DNA of 32,000 nt from Candidatus Scalinduaceae bacterium (GTDB lineage Bacteria; Planctomycetota; Brocadiia; Brocadiales; Scalinduaceae): positions 10,752 through 42,751 of the forward strand of contig JBHHYH010000017.1 in the NCBI GenBank assembly GCA_046757465.1. Direction: 5' to 3'. This document shows, piece after piece, positions 18,186 to 26,305 of the stretch (positions within the stretch are counted from its first letter, which is position 1; each line of letters starts with the position of its first letter). Under the pieces are notes generated by a model that made no database searches, was not told where the DNA came from, and saw nothing but the letters and a program-made list of their open reading frames with translations. Both the position numbers and the translations under genes were made by a program.

Positions 18186-19499
18186 TCAAAATTCATTTGT
18201 AACACCAAACAGCGTTAAGTCTGTAGAGTCTACGATATCTACATTGGTAAGCTTACCCAGTAGCGAAGAGGCCCCGCCGAATACGACAATCTGGTTTTGC
18301 CTTGTCCTGCCTGTTAATTTGCTTTCATCAGTCTTGCTTGTTCCTTTCACCATGACCTCGACTGATTTTCCAATCATCTCTTTATTATCTTCCGCACTTA
18401 TCTCACTCTGCAAATCTAACAATATCTGATTTCTCCTTTTTTTAATTTCCTCCGGTACGTCATCCTTTAATTCCTTAGCTGCAGTTCCCGTTCGCGGTGA
18501 GTATTTAAATATAAAGCAGTTTTGATAACGCACATCCCTCATCAGACTTACGGTATCTTCAAAATCGTCTTCCGTTTCTCCCGGGAAGCCCACAATAAAG
18601 TCACTGGCAATCGTAATGTCAGGTACCAGGGACCTTGCCATTTCAACGAGTTCTCTATAATATTCAGATGTATATTGGCGTCTCATCCTTTCCAATATCC
18701 TGTCTGAACCAGACTGTGCCGGCATGTGTAAATTTTCGCAAACTTTGGGCAGTTCGCCAACGGCTTCTAATATATCTTTGGTCATATCCCCTGGATGTGA
18801 GGTAACAAACCTTATCCTCTCTATACCTTCTATTGGATCTAACCTTCTAAGCAGGGTAGCCAGAGTAGTATTTCCATTCAATCCTTTTCCATAAGAATTT
18901 ACATTCTGTCCTAACAACATGACTTCTTTACAGCCATCATCTGCAAGGTCTTTAACTTCGTTTATTACGTCTTCAACGGGTCTGCTGAACTCGCGTCCTC
19001 TTACATACGGTACAATGCAATACGAACAATAATTGTCGCATCCTCTCATGACAGATACAAATGCCTTGTACCGATTTGGTCTTTGAGTAATCAACCTGTC
19101 AAAACTTACTTCTCCGTCTTCATCAATAGCCAGAATGCGTTTATTACTTCCGTTTATTTCTTCGAGTAATTCAGGAAGTTTTGAGAACATCCTCGTACCG
19201 CATATGAGGTTGACGTGTGGCATACGCTTAAATATTTTTTCTCCATCATTTTGTGCCATACACCCCAGGACGCCAAGGATTAAGCCAGGGTTCTTTTCCT
19301 TTTGATCTCTTAAACTGCCTAGTTGGGAATATACCTTGTGTTCGGCCTTATGGCGTACGCTACAAGTATTCAGGAGGATAACGTCCGCGGCTTTTTCATC
19401 TTCGGTAAACGTATAACCTTCCTTCACAAGAGAGCCTACGGATAACTCCGAATCCAGCTTATTCATCTGGCACCCATAGGTTTTTAGAAAAACCTTCAT
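18186..19499 (-). CDS. miaB: tRNA methylthiotransferase (MiaB family)
   Basis: MTTase N-terminal domain (KTYGCQMN). Radical SAM motif CDNYCSYC. C-terminal TRAM-like domain. Confidence 0.85.
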   Translation of the reverse strand: MKVFLKTYGCQMNKLDSELSVGSLVKEGYTFTEDEKAADVILLNTCSVRHKAEHKVYSQLGSLRDQKEKNPGLILGVLGCMAQNDGEKIFKRMPHVNLICGTRMFSKLPELLEEINGSNKRILAIDEDGEVSFDRLITQRPNRYKAFVSVMRGCDNYCSYCIVPYVRGREFSRPVEDVINEVKDLADDGCKEVMLLGQNVNSYGKGLNGNTTLATLLRRLDPIEGIERIRFVTSHPGDMTKDILEAVGELPKVCENLHMPAQSGSDRILERMRRQYTSEYYRELVEMARSLVPDITIASDFIVGFPGETEDDFEDTVSLMRDVRYQNCFIFKYSPRTGTAAKELKDDVPEEIKKRRNQILLDLQSEISAEDNKEMIGKSVEVMVKGTSKTDESKLTGRTRQNQIVVFGGASSLLGKLTNVDIVDSTDLTLFGVTNEF

Positions 19500-19569
19500 G
19501 AAAAGAACCTCCCTTGTCTTTCTGAAAACCTAAGCATGGGTCCTGCCTTTTGTGTGAGTTGTCTTTATT

Positions 19570-20088
19570 TTATTCCTTATCACCTTTTTTGTTCTCTCTT
19601 TGTCTTCGGATTTCTAAAATCGCCTCTAGTTCCTTAATTACCGGTTCGTCTTTTTGCCGACCACAAGCCCTCTTCGATTTAATCAATCCTTCAACTGTCA
19701 AGACATTACACCGAATTCCGTAGATTTCCATAATTTCAGAGTATTTTAGCGCCTCATCATAATAACCTATTCCTTTGAGTTCTCCAAATAAATCAATATC
19801 TCCTATATCAGTTGAAAGTGTAAAATTTAATCCCATTTGCAGTGTTTTTGCATCAAAGATAAATTGTAAGTTTTTTTCTGCTTTCCTCAAATATGGATGA
19901 AAAGGAGTGAGTGTTTTGATAAGGTTTTCAAGGTTTTCTGTATCTCTGGCATAACAAATATCGACATCACGGGTCATATATGCTGAACCCTGGGCAACTC
20001 CAGCCTGACCACCAATTAGAACAAAGCGGACATTATGTTTTTTTAATGTCGTCAATATTTTTTTCAGATTCAGCACGTTTTCTTTCAC
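19570..20088 (-). CDS. Minimal nucleotidyltransferase-fold protein (AbiEii-like motif), possible toxin-type partner
   Basis: Motif FVLIGGQAGVAQGSAYMTRDVDI (GG...G..R.T.D.D). C-terminal K.KRACGRQKD. Overlaps the upstream small ORF. Confidence 0.5.
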   Translation of the reverse strand: MKENVLNLKKILTTLKKHNVRFVLIGGQAGVAQGSAYMTRDVDICYARDTENLENLIKTLTPFHPYLRKAEKNLQFIFDAKTLQMGLNFTLSTDIGDIDLFGELKGIGYYDEALKYSEIMEIYGIRCNVLTVEGLIKSKRACGRQKDEPVIKELEAILEIRRQRENKKGDKE

Positions 20089-20239
20089 CTGCTTTTTTCA
20101 ATTCCTCTGCTGCCTCAAGCATTCTTTGATGGCATTCTATCCTTTCGGTTGGAGTTAGCGAGATGTTTCTATATAGTAGAGAAACATCAATCCCGTACTT
20201 AATAGCTTCTTGTATCGCATCCTTATGTTTTGTTTTCAT
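20033..20239 (-). CDS. Small helical protein of unknown function (possible antitoxin-type partner)
   Basis: A 68-aa ORF that overlaps both neighbours on the same strand: 17 nt with the GIY-YIG gene and 56 nt with the nucleotidyltransferase gene. No motif recognised. Confidence 0.35.
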   Translation of the reverse strand: MKTKHKDAIQEAIKYGIDVSLLYRNISLTPTERIECHQRMLEAAEELKKAGERKRAESEKNIDDIKKT

Positions 20240-20498
20240 ATATCTTTATCAACTCTTCTTTTTTCCCACGTGTTAATTTCTTAATATCCCTTTCGGCATG
20301 TAAGACGGTTTTATAGTATCTATATTTCTTTGCATAAACCAGTTTTACCGGCAACCTCGCTCTTAGATATTTTGCTCCATTTCCTTTATTGTGTAATTTA
20401 ATCCTTTCTTCTAAGTTCTTAGTGCTACCTGTATAGTACGTTCCATCAATGCACTGAACGATATAAACATGGAATATGCCTTTACGTTTAAACCTCAT
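20223..20498 (-). CDS. GIY-YIG nuclease superfamily protein (small stand-alone type)
   Basis: HVYIVQCIDGTYYTGSTKNLEERIKLHN matches the GIY..YIG..R..H/N core of short GIY-YIG proteins. Confidence 0.8.
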   Translation of the reverse strand: MRFKRKGIFHVYIVQCIDGTYYTGSTKNLEERIKLHNKGNGAKYLRARLPVKLVYAKKYRYYKTVLHAERDIKKLTRGKKEELIKIYENKT

Positions 20499-20658
20499 GT
20501 GTTACAAAAATTATTTTATTTTTTGAATATTTGTAGCGGGAAATTCCAACAGGGTTTACTTGTAAGATTGTACGTATATTAAAAACGGTGTGATATAATG
20601 TCAACAGTTATAGTTGCTTTTAAAGAAATAAGTATAGTGTTTACCCGACGATTATTTT

Positions 20659-20877
20659 GGCGGGCCTGCCCGCCGTCTTGCAGACTGTGCCATAATCCAG
20701 AAAAAGGGCATTTTGCCATTCTGAACTTGTCGGGTTTCAGAATCTAATGATTCCAATAACTTAGCAACCTAAGAGATCCCGCCCCCACAGCTTGCTCGCC
20801 CTGTAGGCTAGAACGCCGTACGGGGCTAGCAGTGGGGGGGGATGACAATTGTGACACAGTCTGTTGTTTGGCGGGTC
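20659..20877. other. Composite structured GC-rich intergenic region (possible ncRNA or nested REP cluster)
   Basis: Hairpin ggcggg-cctg-cccgcc (20659-20674). Long-range pair cagactgtg (20681-20689) / cacagtctg (20855-20863). Internal hairpins at 20715-20745 and 20771-20846. Confidence 0.4.
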
Positions 20878-20879
20878 TA

Positions 20880-20960
20880 TCCATGATTCGCAGTTTTAAC
20901 AAATTCTTTGGTGTCAATGGGCTTTTCTCTTTTCTTCATTATCACTGGAAGTTCCTTTGT
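20880..20960 (-). pseudogene. Relic of a receiver-domain gene 3' end
   Basis: The minus-strand translation directly after the VanZ-like stop reads ...MKKREKPIDTKEFVKTANHG*. KPIDTKEFVKT is identical to the C-terminus of the REC genes at 22569 and 23098. The DNA ttttaacaaattctttggt.tcaatggg is shared. Confidence 0.5.
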
Positions 20961-20966
20961 ATAAGA

Positions 20967-21599
20967 TTAAGCATTCCGTCTCATTCTATAATCTTCAATC
21001 CATTTCTGGCGGTCATGAAGCTTCTTTTTATAAAAAGACATTTTAAGTCGCCACTTTTCTAATCTTGGACAAATTACAAGCATTATAGCAAGCTCTGATA
21101 AAATACCAGTAAATACATCTGTTTTAATGTCTAGCAGGCTAAAATCTCTTTCTGGAATAAATCTTTGAACATATTCATCTGCGCAACCTGCTATGCCGAC
21201 AAAAATTGCACACCATAAATATAAAGCTGTCGTAGGATTATAAAACCGCAATACCCTGAATAACAAAAACGCTAAGATGCCGTATACGATGATATGTAAT
21301 TTATCCTGGAAGTCTTCCATATCCGCCAAACAACTTAATCCTATAAACAAAATTACAATTAGAGCCAGCAACCTGGGGATTTTATACCTCTTATTAGTAG
21401 CTATGACATAAATTGCTAAGGCTATACCGATAATTCCTATAACTGCATAGACCGAAAGAGTAACTGGAAAGGAGGTAGAAGGACTGCTTTCAGTGATATT
21501 TTGAACTATATATACCGAAAAAGGAAGTATAGCAAAAATAACTACCAGGTAGGCGAGCAGGAAAAACCAATCAATAGAAATATAAAAAATGCCTCTCAA
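20967..21599 (-). CDS. VanZ-like integral membrane protein
   Basis: Five to six TM helices. C-terminal DEYVQRFIPERDFSLLDIKTDVFTG resembles the VanZ family motif. Confidence 0.55.
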   Translation of the reverse strand: MRGIFYISIDWFFLLAYLVVIFAILPFSVYIVQNITESSPSTSFPVTLSVYAVIGIIGIALAIYVIATNKRYKIPRLLALIVILFIGLSCLADMEDFQDKLHIIVYGILAFLLFRVLRFYNPTTALYLWCAIFVGIAGCADEYVQRFIPERDFSLLDIKTDVFTGILSELAIMLVICPRLEKWRLKMSFYKKKLHDRQKWIEDYRMRRNA

Positions 21600-21602
21600 G
21601 GC

Positions 21603-22478
21603 CTATGCCCTTTCTTCCCGCATCAAGTGAAGATGCTTAGTTAAAGTAGCATCTATCTGATCCATAGAGAAAGGTTTTATAATAATATCATCAGCTCCCA
21701 AGCTTGTTACGTCTTTAGTGACTAGAGGATCCTTCACAGATGTTACGATGATGACCCGAGTCTTTGTTTTTAATTTTTTTATCTCTTTTAATATCTCCAT
21801 ACCGTCTATCTTAGGCATAACCAAATCTAACATTACAATATCAGGTTTTACTTTTGAGAAAAGTGTCATGGCCTTCTCTGGATTGCAGCAGGTATGGACT
21901 TCAAAACCCCGGGGCGTTAACATGGCTTCTAATAAATCACAACTTGATTTTTCATCATCTATAGCGAGTATTTTTATTTCGGCTGGTTTGTATTTTTCCT
22001 TTATACCCGATTTTTGTGCTTTGTCCGCATGTTGATTTGTGCCTTCTGTCTTTTTGGTCCCTTCTCTTTTAAGCTCACCTGCACTCCTTGGTAATGGGCG
22101 AATTTTGCGTCTTTTAAGTACTTCCCCTATCTTCGTTTTTAATTGTTCGGCGGTAAGCGGCTTTGTAAGATAGTCTTCGCTATATCGTTGCATTGCTTTC
22201 ATCTTTGAACGTTCGCTGTCTTCAGCTGTTAGCATAACAACAGGTATGGGCATGGTTTTGTCATCCTTTTTAAGAGATTTTAGGACTTCGAAACCATCCA
22301 CTTTCGGCATTCTGATATCAAGTAGTATCAAATCCGGTTTAAGCCTTCGAGCAGCATAATGACCGCGTTTTCCTTCATTTTCTACCATAACCTGATATTC
22401 ACCACTGCCTTCAAGACTCGCCTTTACAACCTCTGTAACATTTTTGTCATCATCGATAATCAGTATCTTTTTTTCCAT
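21603..22478 (-). CDS. Tandem receiver (REC-linker-REC) response regulator without output domain
   Basis: Two receiver cores (ILIIDDD...DLILLDIRMP...LTKP and ILAIDDE...DIVMLDLVMP...IIKP) joined by a K/E-rich linker. Confidence 0.85.
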   Translation of the reverse strand: MEKKILIIDDDKNVTEVVKASLEGSGEYQVMVENEGKRGHYAARRLKPDLILLDIRMPKVDGFEVLKSLKKDDKTMPIPVVMLTAEDSERSKMKAMQRYSEDYLTKPLTAEQLKTKIGEVLKRRKIRPLPRSAGELKREGTKKTEGTNQHADKAQKSGIKEKYKPAEIKILAIDDEKSSCDLLEAMLTPRGFEVHTCCNPEKAMTLFSKVKPDIVMLDLVMPKIDGMEILKEIKKLKTKTRVIIVTSVKDPLVTKDVTSLGADDIIIKPFSMDQIDATLTKHLHLMREERA

Positions 22479-22490
22479 TATATTAGACCT

Positions 22491-22961
22491 CCCTTTTTAA
22501 AGACCCCTGCCTCAAATGCCAAAATTGCTTTCTTAACCCTTTCTGTACCCGTCTCCCTTGCCTTTTTTTTAATTCTTTAAAAACCTGGCAATCGTTTTAA
22601 CAAATTCTTTGGTATCAATGGGTTTGGAGATGAACGCATCACAACCAGCATTCATTATCATTTTTTTTTCTTCCTTCATTGTGCTGGCTGAACAGACTAT
22701 AAGAGTTATATTCTTTGTTATGGAATATTGTTTAAACTTTCTAACTAATTCTACCCCTCCTATATCCGGAAGCCCAGAGTCCAATAATATTAGATCCGGT
22801 ATTTCTGACTTAGCCATGTTAAACCCCTCTTTTCCATTGACAGCTTGAAGGATTAAATAACCCTCATCCTCAAGGAGGTCACTGAACAACTCCATATTCA
22901 TTAGATTGTCTTCGATGATAAGTATCCTTCCTTTAGCCATTCTTCCTCCTTAAGGGAATAG
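22491..22961. repeat. Direct repeat copy A (471 bp, period 529 bp)
   Basis: Nearly identical to 23020-23490. Contains the whole REC gene, its downstream intergenic sequence and the last ~27 bp of the kinase gene. Confidence 0.9.
22569..22940 (-). CDS. Single-domain response regulator (CheY-like), duplicate copy A
   Basis: ILIIEDN...DLILLDSGLPDIGG...ISKP. Differs from copy B at only two residues (G4/E4, L13/A13). Confidence 0.85.
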   Translation of the reverse strand: MAKGRILIIEDNLMNMELFSDLLEDEGYLILQAVNGKEGFNMAKSEIPDLILLDSGLPDIGGVELVRKFKQYSITKNITLIVCSASTMKEEKKMIMNAGCDAFISKPIDTKEFVKTIARFLKN

Positions 22962-23019
22962 ATTCTATCATCTCTATAAAGCCCTCTACCAGCTTTGGCA
23001 TCCCATTGAGTTCCCTTCC

Positions 23020-23490
23020 CCCTTTTTAAAGACCCCTGCCTCAAATGCCAAAATTGCTTTCTTAACCCTTTCTGTACCCGTCTCCCTTGCCTTTTTTTTA
23101 ATTCTTTAAAAACCTGGCAATCGTTTTAACAAATTCTTTGGTATCAATGGGTTTGGAGATGAACGCATCACAACCAGCATTCATTATCATTTTTTTTTCT
23201 TCCTTCATTGTGCTGGCTGAACAGACTATAAGAGTTATATTCTTTGTTATGGAATATTGTTTAAACTTTCTAACTAATTCTACCCCTCCTATATCCGGAA
23301 GCCCAGAGTCCAATAATATTAGATCCGGTATTTCTGACTTAGCCATGTTAAACCCCTCTTTTCCATTGACAGCTTGAAGGATTAAATAACCCTCATCCTC
23401 AAGGAGGTCACTGAACAACTCCATATTCATTGCATTGTCTTCGATGATAAGTATTCTTTCTTTAGCCATTCTTCCTCCTTAAGGGAATAG
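23020..23490. repeat. Direct repeat copy B (471 bp)
   Basis: See copy A. The few mismatches cluster at the 5' end of the REC gene. A 58-bp unique spacer (22962-23019) separates the copies. Confidence 0.9.
23098..23469 (-). CDS. Single-domain response regulator (CheY-like), duplicate copy B
   Basis: Same motifs as copy A. The start overlaps the histidine kinase stop by 8 nt. Confidence 0.85.
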   Translation of the reverse strand: MAKERILIIEDNAMNMELFSDLLEDEGYLILQAVNGKEGFNMAKSEIPDLILLDSGLPDIGGVELVRKFKQYSITKNITLIVCSASTMKEEKKMIMNAGCDAFISKPIDTKEFVKTIARFLKN

Positions 23491-26305
23491 TGAAGATAAA
23501 AGTGCTTCCTTTTCCGAATTCGCTCTCAACCCAGATCTTTCCGCCATGTAACTCCACTAGCTCTTTGGTTAAGACCAACCCCAATCCGGTGCCCCCGTGT
23601 TTTTGTGTATACTCACTCTCAATTTGGCGAAAGGTCTCAAAAAGTTTATCCATATCTTCTTCTTTTATGCCGATACCGGTATCGACCACTGAAACCCGTA
23701 GTTCCTCATCCTTAATATCAGCCCTGACGTCTACCTTGCCGCCTTCAGGGGTAAATTTTATAGCGTTGGATAGCAGGTTATACATAATCTGCTTTATCTT
23801 CCTCTCATCAGCTTTTAAAACAGATATCTCAGGTACAATATGGCTCTCTATGGTAATTTTTAATCTAAAAGCTAACTCCTTGAGGATAGTTTTAATGCCC
23901 TCTATGAGTTTTGGAAATGAGAATTCACTCGACACAAGTTCTAGCTTGCCAGCCTCAATTTTTGAAAGGTCTAGAATGTCATTGATTAAGCTTAAGAGAT
24001 CCTTGCCTCCTACGAGGATATTAGTTATGTATCTGGCTTGTTTCTCAGTAAGCTTGCCAACTCTTTCACTTTGCAATACATCGGCAAAGCCAATAACGGA
24101 ATTTAAAGGAGTTCTTAGCTCGTGAGACATATTGGCTAAGAATTCAGACTTGGCGCTGCTGGCCTTCTTTAAATGTTTGTTAAGCGTAACAAGTTCTCTA
24201 GTTCTTTCCTCAACTTTCTTTTCTAACTCTTCTCTTGCCTGGTTGTTATCATCTAACATACTTACCATTATTTCGCGGGATTTTACTGCCTCTTTTAAGG
24301 TCTGATCCAACTTCTCCTCCATCTTCCTTCTTTGTGTTATGTCAGACATAATATGACAGAACCCGACAAGAGTTCCCTTTTCATCCAGCACCGGATATGC
24401 AATTACATCGAGCCAACTATCACCAACCAGTAAAATACTGCTTTCTCTTTTATGTGTCTTCATCACCTTTACGGTAGGGCACTCTCCAATAGGTTCTGCC
24501 GCACCGTAAATAAATTTACAGCAAGACGTGCCGACAATTTCTCCAAATGGCTTTTTTGCCATATTAACCATTGCCTTGTTGCACCTTACAATCTTTCCGT
24601 CCTTATCTAGAAGGCTAATAGCATCACCCATAGCATCGAATGTTGTCCGCCACTCTCTTGCAGAATTACTCAGCGCTTCATCTAACTTCTTGCGCTCGGT
24701 GATGTCTTCTGCAACTTTAAAGAAATAGGTAGCGTCATCTTCAGGATTCTTTATAGATGAGATGGATGCGGACTCCCAGTAGAGCTCACCACTTTTTTTC
24801 TTATTATGAAATTCACCGCTCCATGTACCTCCTGTGGTAATAGTCTCCCAGAGTCGTTTGTATTCTTCGGTTGATTTTTCGCCCGATTTTAAGATGCGCG
24901 GGTTCTGCCCGATGACATCTTCTGGGGTGTAGCCTGTCACTTGTGTAAACTTTGGATTAACATATTCGATGTTGCCTTTGGCGTCCGTAATCATAACCAT
25001 ACTAGGACTTCGTTCGACTACACTAGATAACTTTTGAATCTGCTCTTCTGCCTTCTTGCGCTTGGTGATCTCTCTCGCGTGAATGCGCAAAACTTTAAAC
25101 TCTGGTATAAGATATATATCTTCTTCAAATGTTAAACTCCCTATTTTTATAATGCGGTATAATCGTGTTTCCATTTTTCCCCTTAAAGCTTTAATGATTT
25201 CATTTAAGTCCTCTGGTAAAAATAGGGTTAAGTCTTCTTTGAGACCTGACTTCTTTAGAACCTTAGAAGCTGCATTGTTGTGAAAAATAATGCCCCCAGA
25301 AAGATTTATCTCTAAAATAGGGCTGATATCCAACTGTGGGAAGGAGGCAAGGTGGCTAATTTCTTTTTCCGCCATCTTGCGCTCGGTGATGTTTTCCTTA
25401 ACAGCTATGAAATGAGTTATAATACCTTCTGAGTTTTTGATAGGTGAAATAGATGCGGACTCCCAATACAGTTCCTTGTTCTTCTTTTTGTTACAAAATT
25501 CTCCACGCCATTCACCACCTGACGTAATAATCTTCCATAAACGTTCGTATTCATCAGGTGGTGTCTTACCCGATTTTAAGATACGTGGATTTTTACCAAT
25601 AGCCTCTTCGAATGTATATCCAGTCAGTTGAGTGAACTTGGGATTAACATATTCGATGTTACCTTCAGTATCTGTGATCAAGACCGTGGACGGGCTTTGT
25701 TCTATGGCGTGAGAAAGCTTGTGTATCTGCTCTTCTGCCTTTTTACGCTTAGTGATGTCTCTTATTATGCCTATTGCATTCCACTTGCCTCTTATCTTTA
25801 CTGCCGAAAGAGATAATTCTATTGGAATTTCTGCTCCATCTTTCCTGACAGCCGCAACTTCTACCGTTTTTCCTATCATATTACCCACTCCTGTAGTCTT
25901 GAATCTTTCGAACCCTTTTAAATGTCTTTCGCGGAATCTCTCTGGTATAATTAATTGTTGTAGGTTTTCCCCTACGGTTTCCTCACTTGAGTAACCAAAG
26001 ATTCTTTCGGAGGCTTTATTCCAATAAGAAATCCTTTCATCATTACTCAACATAATGATAGCATCTTGAGCTGAAGTGGTTATTTCTCTGAACTTCTCTT
26101 CACTTTCACGTAACATATGCTCCATGTGTTTGCGCTTCTTTATTTCCTGCATTAAGGCATTTTTTGCTATCTCTAATTCACTGATTAGAGCCTTAGATTC
26201 TTCTTTCCTGATCTCAGATTCCAAAGTTAGGTGAGCTTTTTTGTGCAGCGATTCTTTCGGGGTTTCAACAGACAACTTATTGTTACTATCAGGTGAAGAT
26301 TTCAT
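23462..26305 (-). CDS. Multi-PAS sensor histidine kinase
   Basis: N-terminal coiled coil. Four PAS-type modules separated by ITxRKKAEE linkers. H-box MSHELRTPLN (His728, codon 24122-24124). HATPase boxes NLLSNAIKFTP, DTGIGI, GGTGLGL. Confidence 0.9.
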   Translation of the reverse strand: MKSSPDSNNKLSVETPKESLHKKAHLTLESEIRKEESKALISELEIAKNALMQEIKKRKHMEHMLRESEEKFREITTSAQDAIIMLSNDERISYWNKASERIFGYSSEETVGENLQQLIIPERFRERHLKGFERFKTTGVGNMIGKTVEVAAVRKDGAEIPIELSLSAVKIRGKWNAIGIIRDITKRKKAEEQIHKLSHAIEQSPSTVLITDTEGNIEYVNPKFTQLTGYTFEEAIGKNPRILKSGKTPPDEYERLWKIITSGGEWRGEFCNKKKNKELYWESASISPIKNSEGIITHFIAVKENITERKMAEKEISHLASFPQLDISPILEINLSGGIIFHNNAASKVLKKSGLKEDLTLFLPEDLNEIIKALRGKMETRLYRIIKIGSLTFEEDIYLIPEFKVLRIHAREITKRKKAEEQIQKLSSVVERSPSMVMITDAKGNIEYVNPKFTQVTGYTPEDVIGQNPRILKSGEKSTEEYKRLWETITTGGTWSGEFHNKKKSGELYWESASISSIKNPEDDATYFFKVAEDITERKKLDEALSNSAREWRTTFDAMGDAISLLDKDGKIVRCNKAMVNMAKKPFGEIVGTSCCKFIYGAAEPIGECPTVKVMKTHKRESSILLVGDSWLDVIAYPVLDEKGTLVGFCHIMSDITQRRKMEEKLDQTLKEAVKSREIMVSMLDDNNQAREELEKKVEERTRELVTLNKHLKKASSAKSEFLANMSHELRTPLNSVIGFADVLQSERVGKLTEKQARYITNILVGGKDLLSLINDILDLSKIEAGKLELVSSEFSFPKLIEGIKTILKELAFRLKITIESHIVPEISVLKADERKIKQIMYNLLSNAIKFTPEGGKVDVRADIKDEELRVSVVDTGIGIKEEDMDKLFETFRQIESEYTQKHGGTGLGLVLTKELVELHGGKIWVESEFGKGSTFIFTIPLRRKNG

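Noticed and set aside
20659-20877. Assignment of the structured region to tmRNA, RNase P RNA, SRP RNA or 6S RNA
   Set aside because: I could not find the conserved tmRNA 5'/3' ends or tag ORF, the RNase P GGAAAGUCC-type core, or the SRP GGAA/AGCA helix-8 motifs. 6S cannot be called from sequence alone. I kept it only as an unclassified candidate.
22491-23490. Possible CRISPR array or IS element suggested by the repeats (also the 21-bp repeats at 27450-27638)
   Set aside because: The 471-bp units are protein-coding duplicates, not short repeats with unique spacers. The 21-bp units are contiguous with no spacers and are in-frame coding sequence. There are no cas genes, transposase or terminal inverted repeats.
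23490-24125. 211-aa ORF on the + strand, with similar ORFs at 24528, 25083, 25437, 25628, 25719, 27529, 27733, 28392, 28423, 31172 and 31664
   Set aside because: All are antisense to signalling genes with clear H-box, HATPase, PAS or HAMP motifs. They have S/L/I-rich shadow-like composition.
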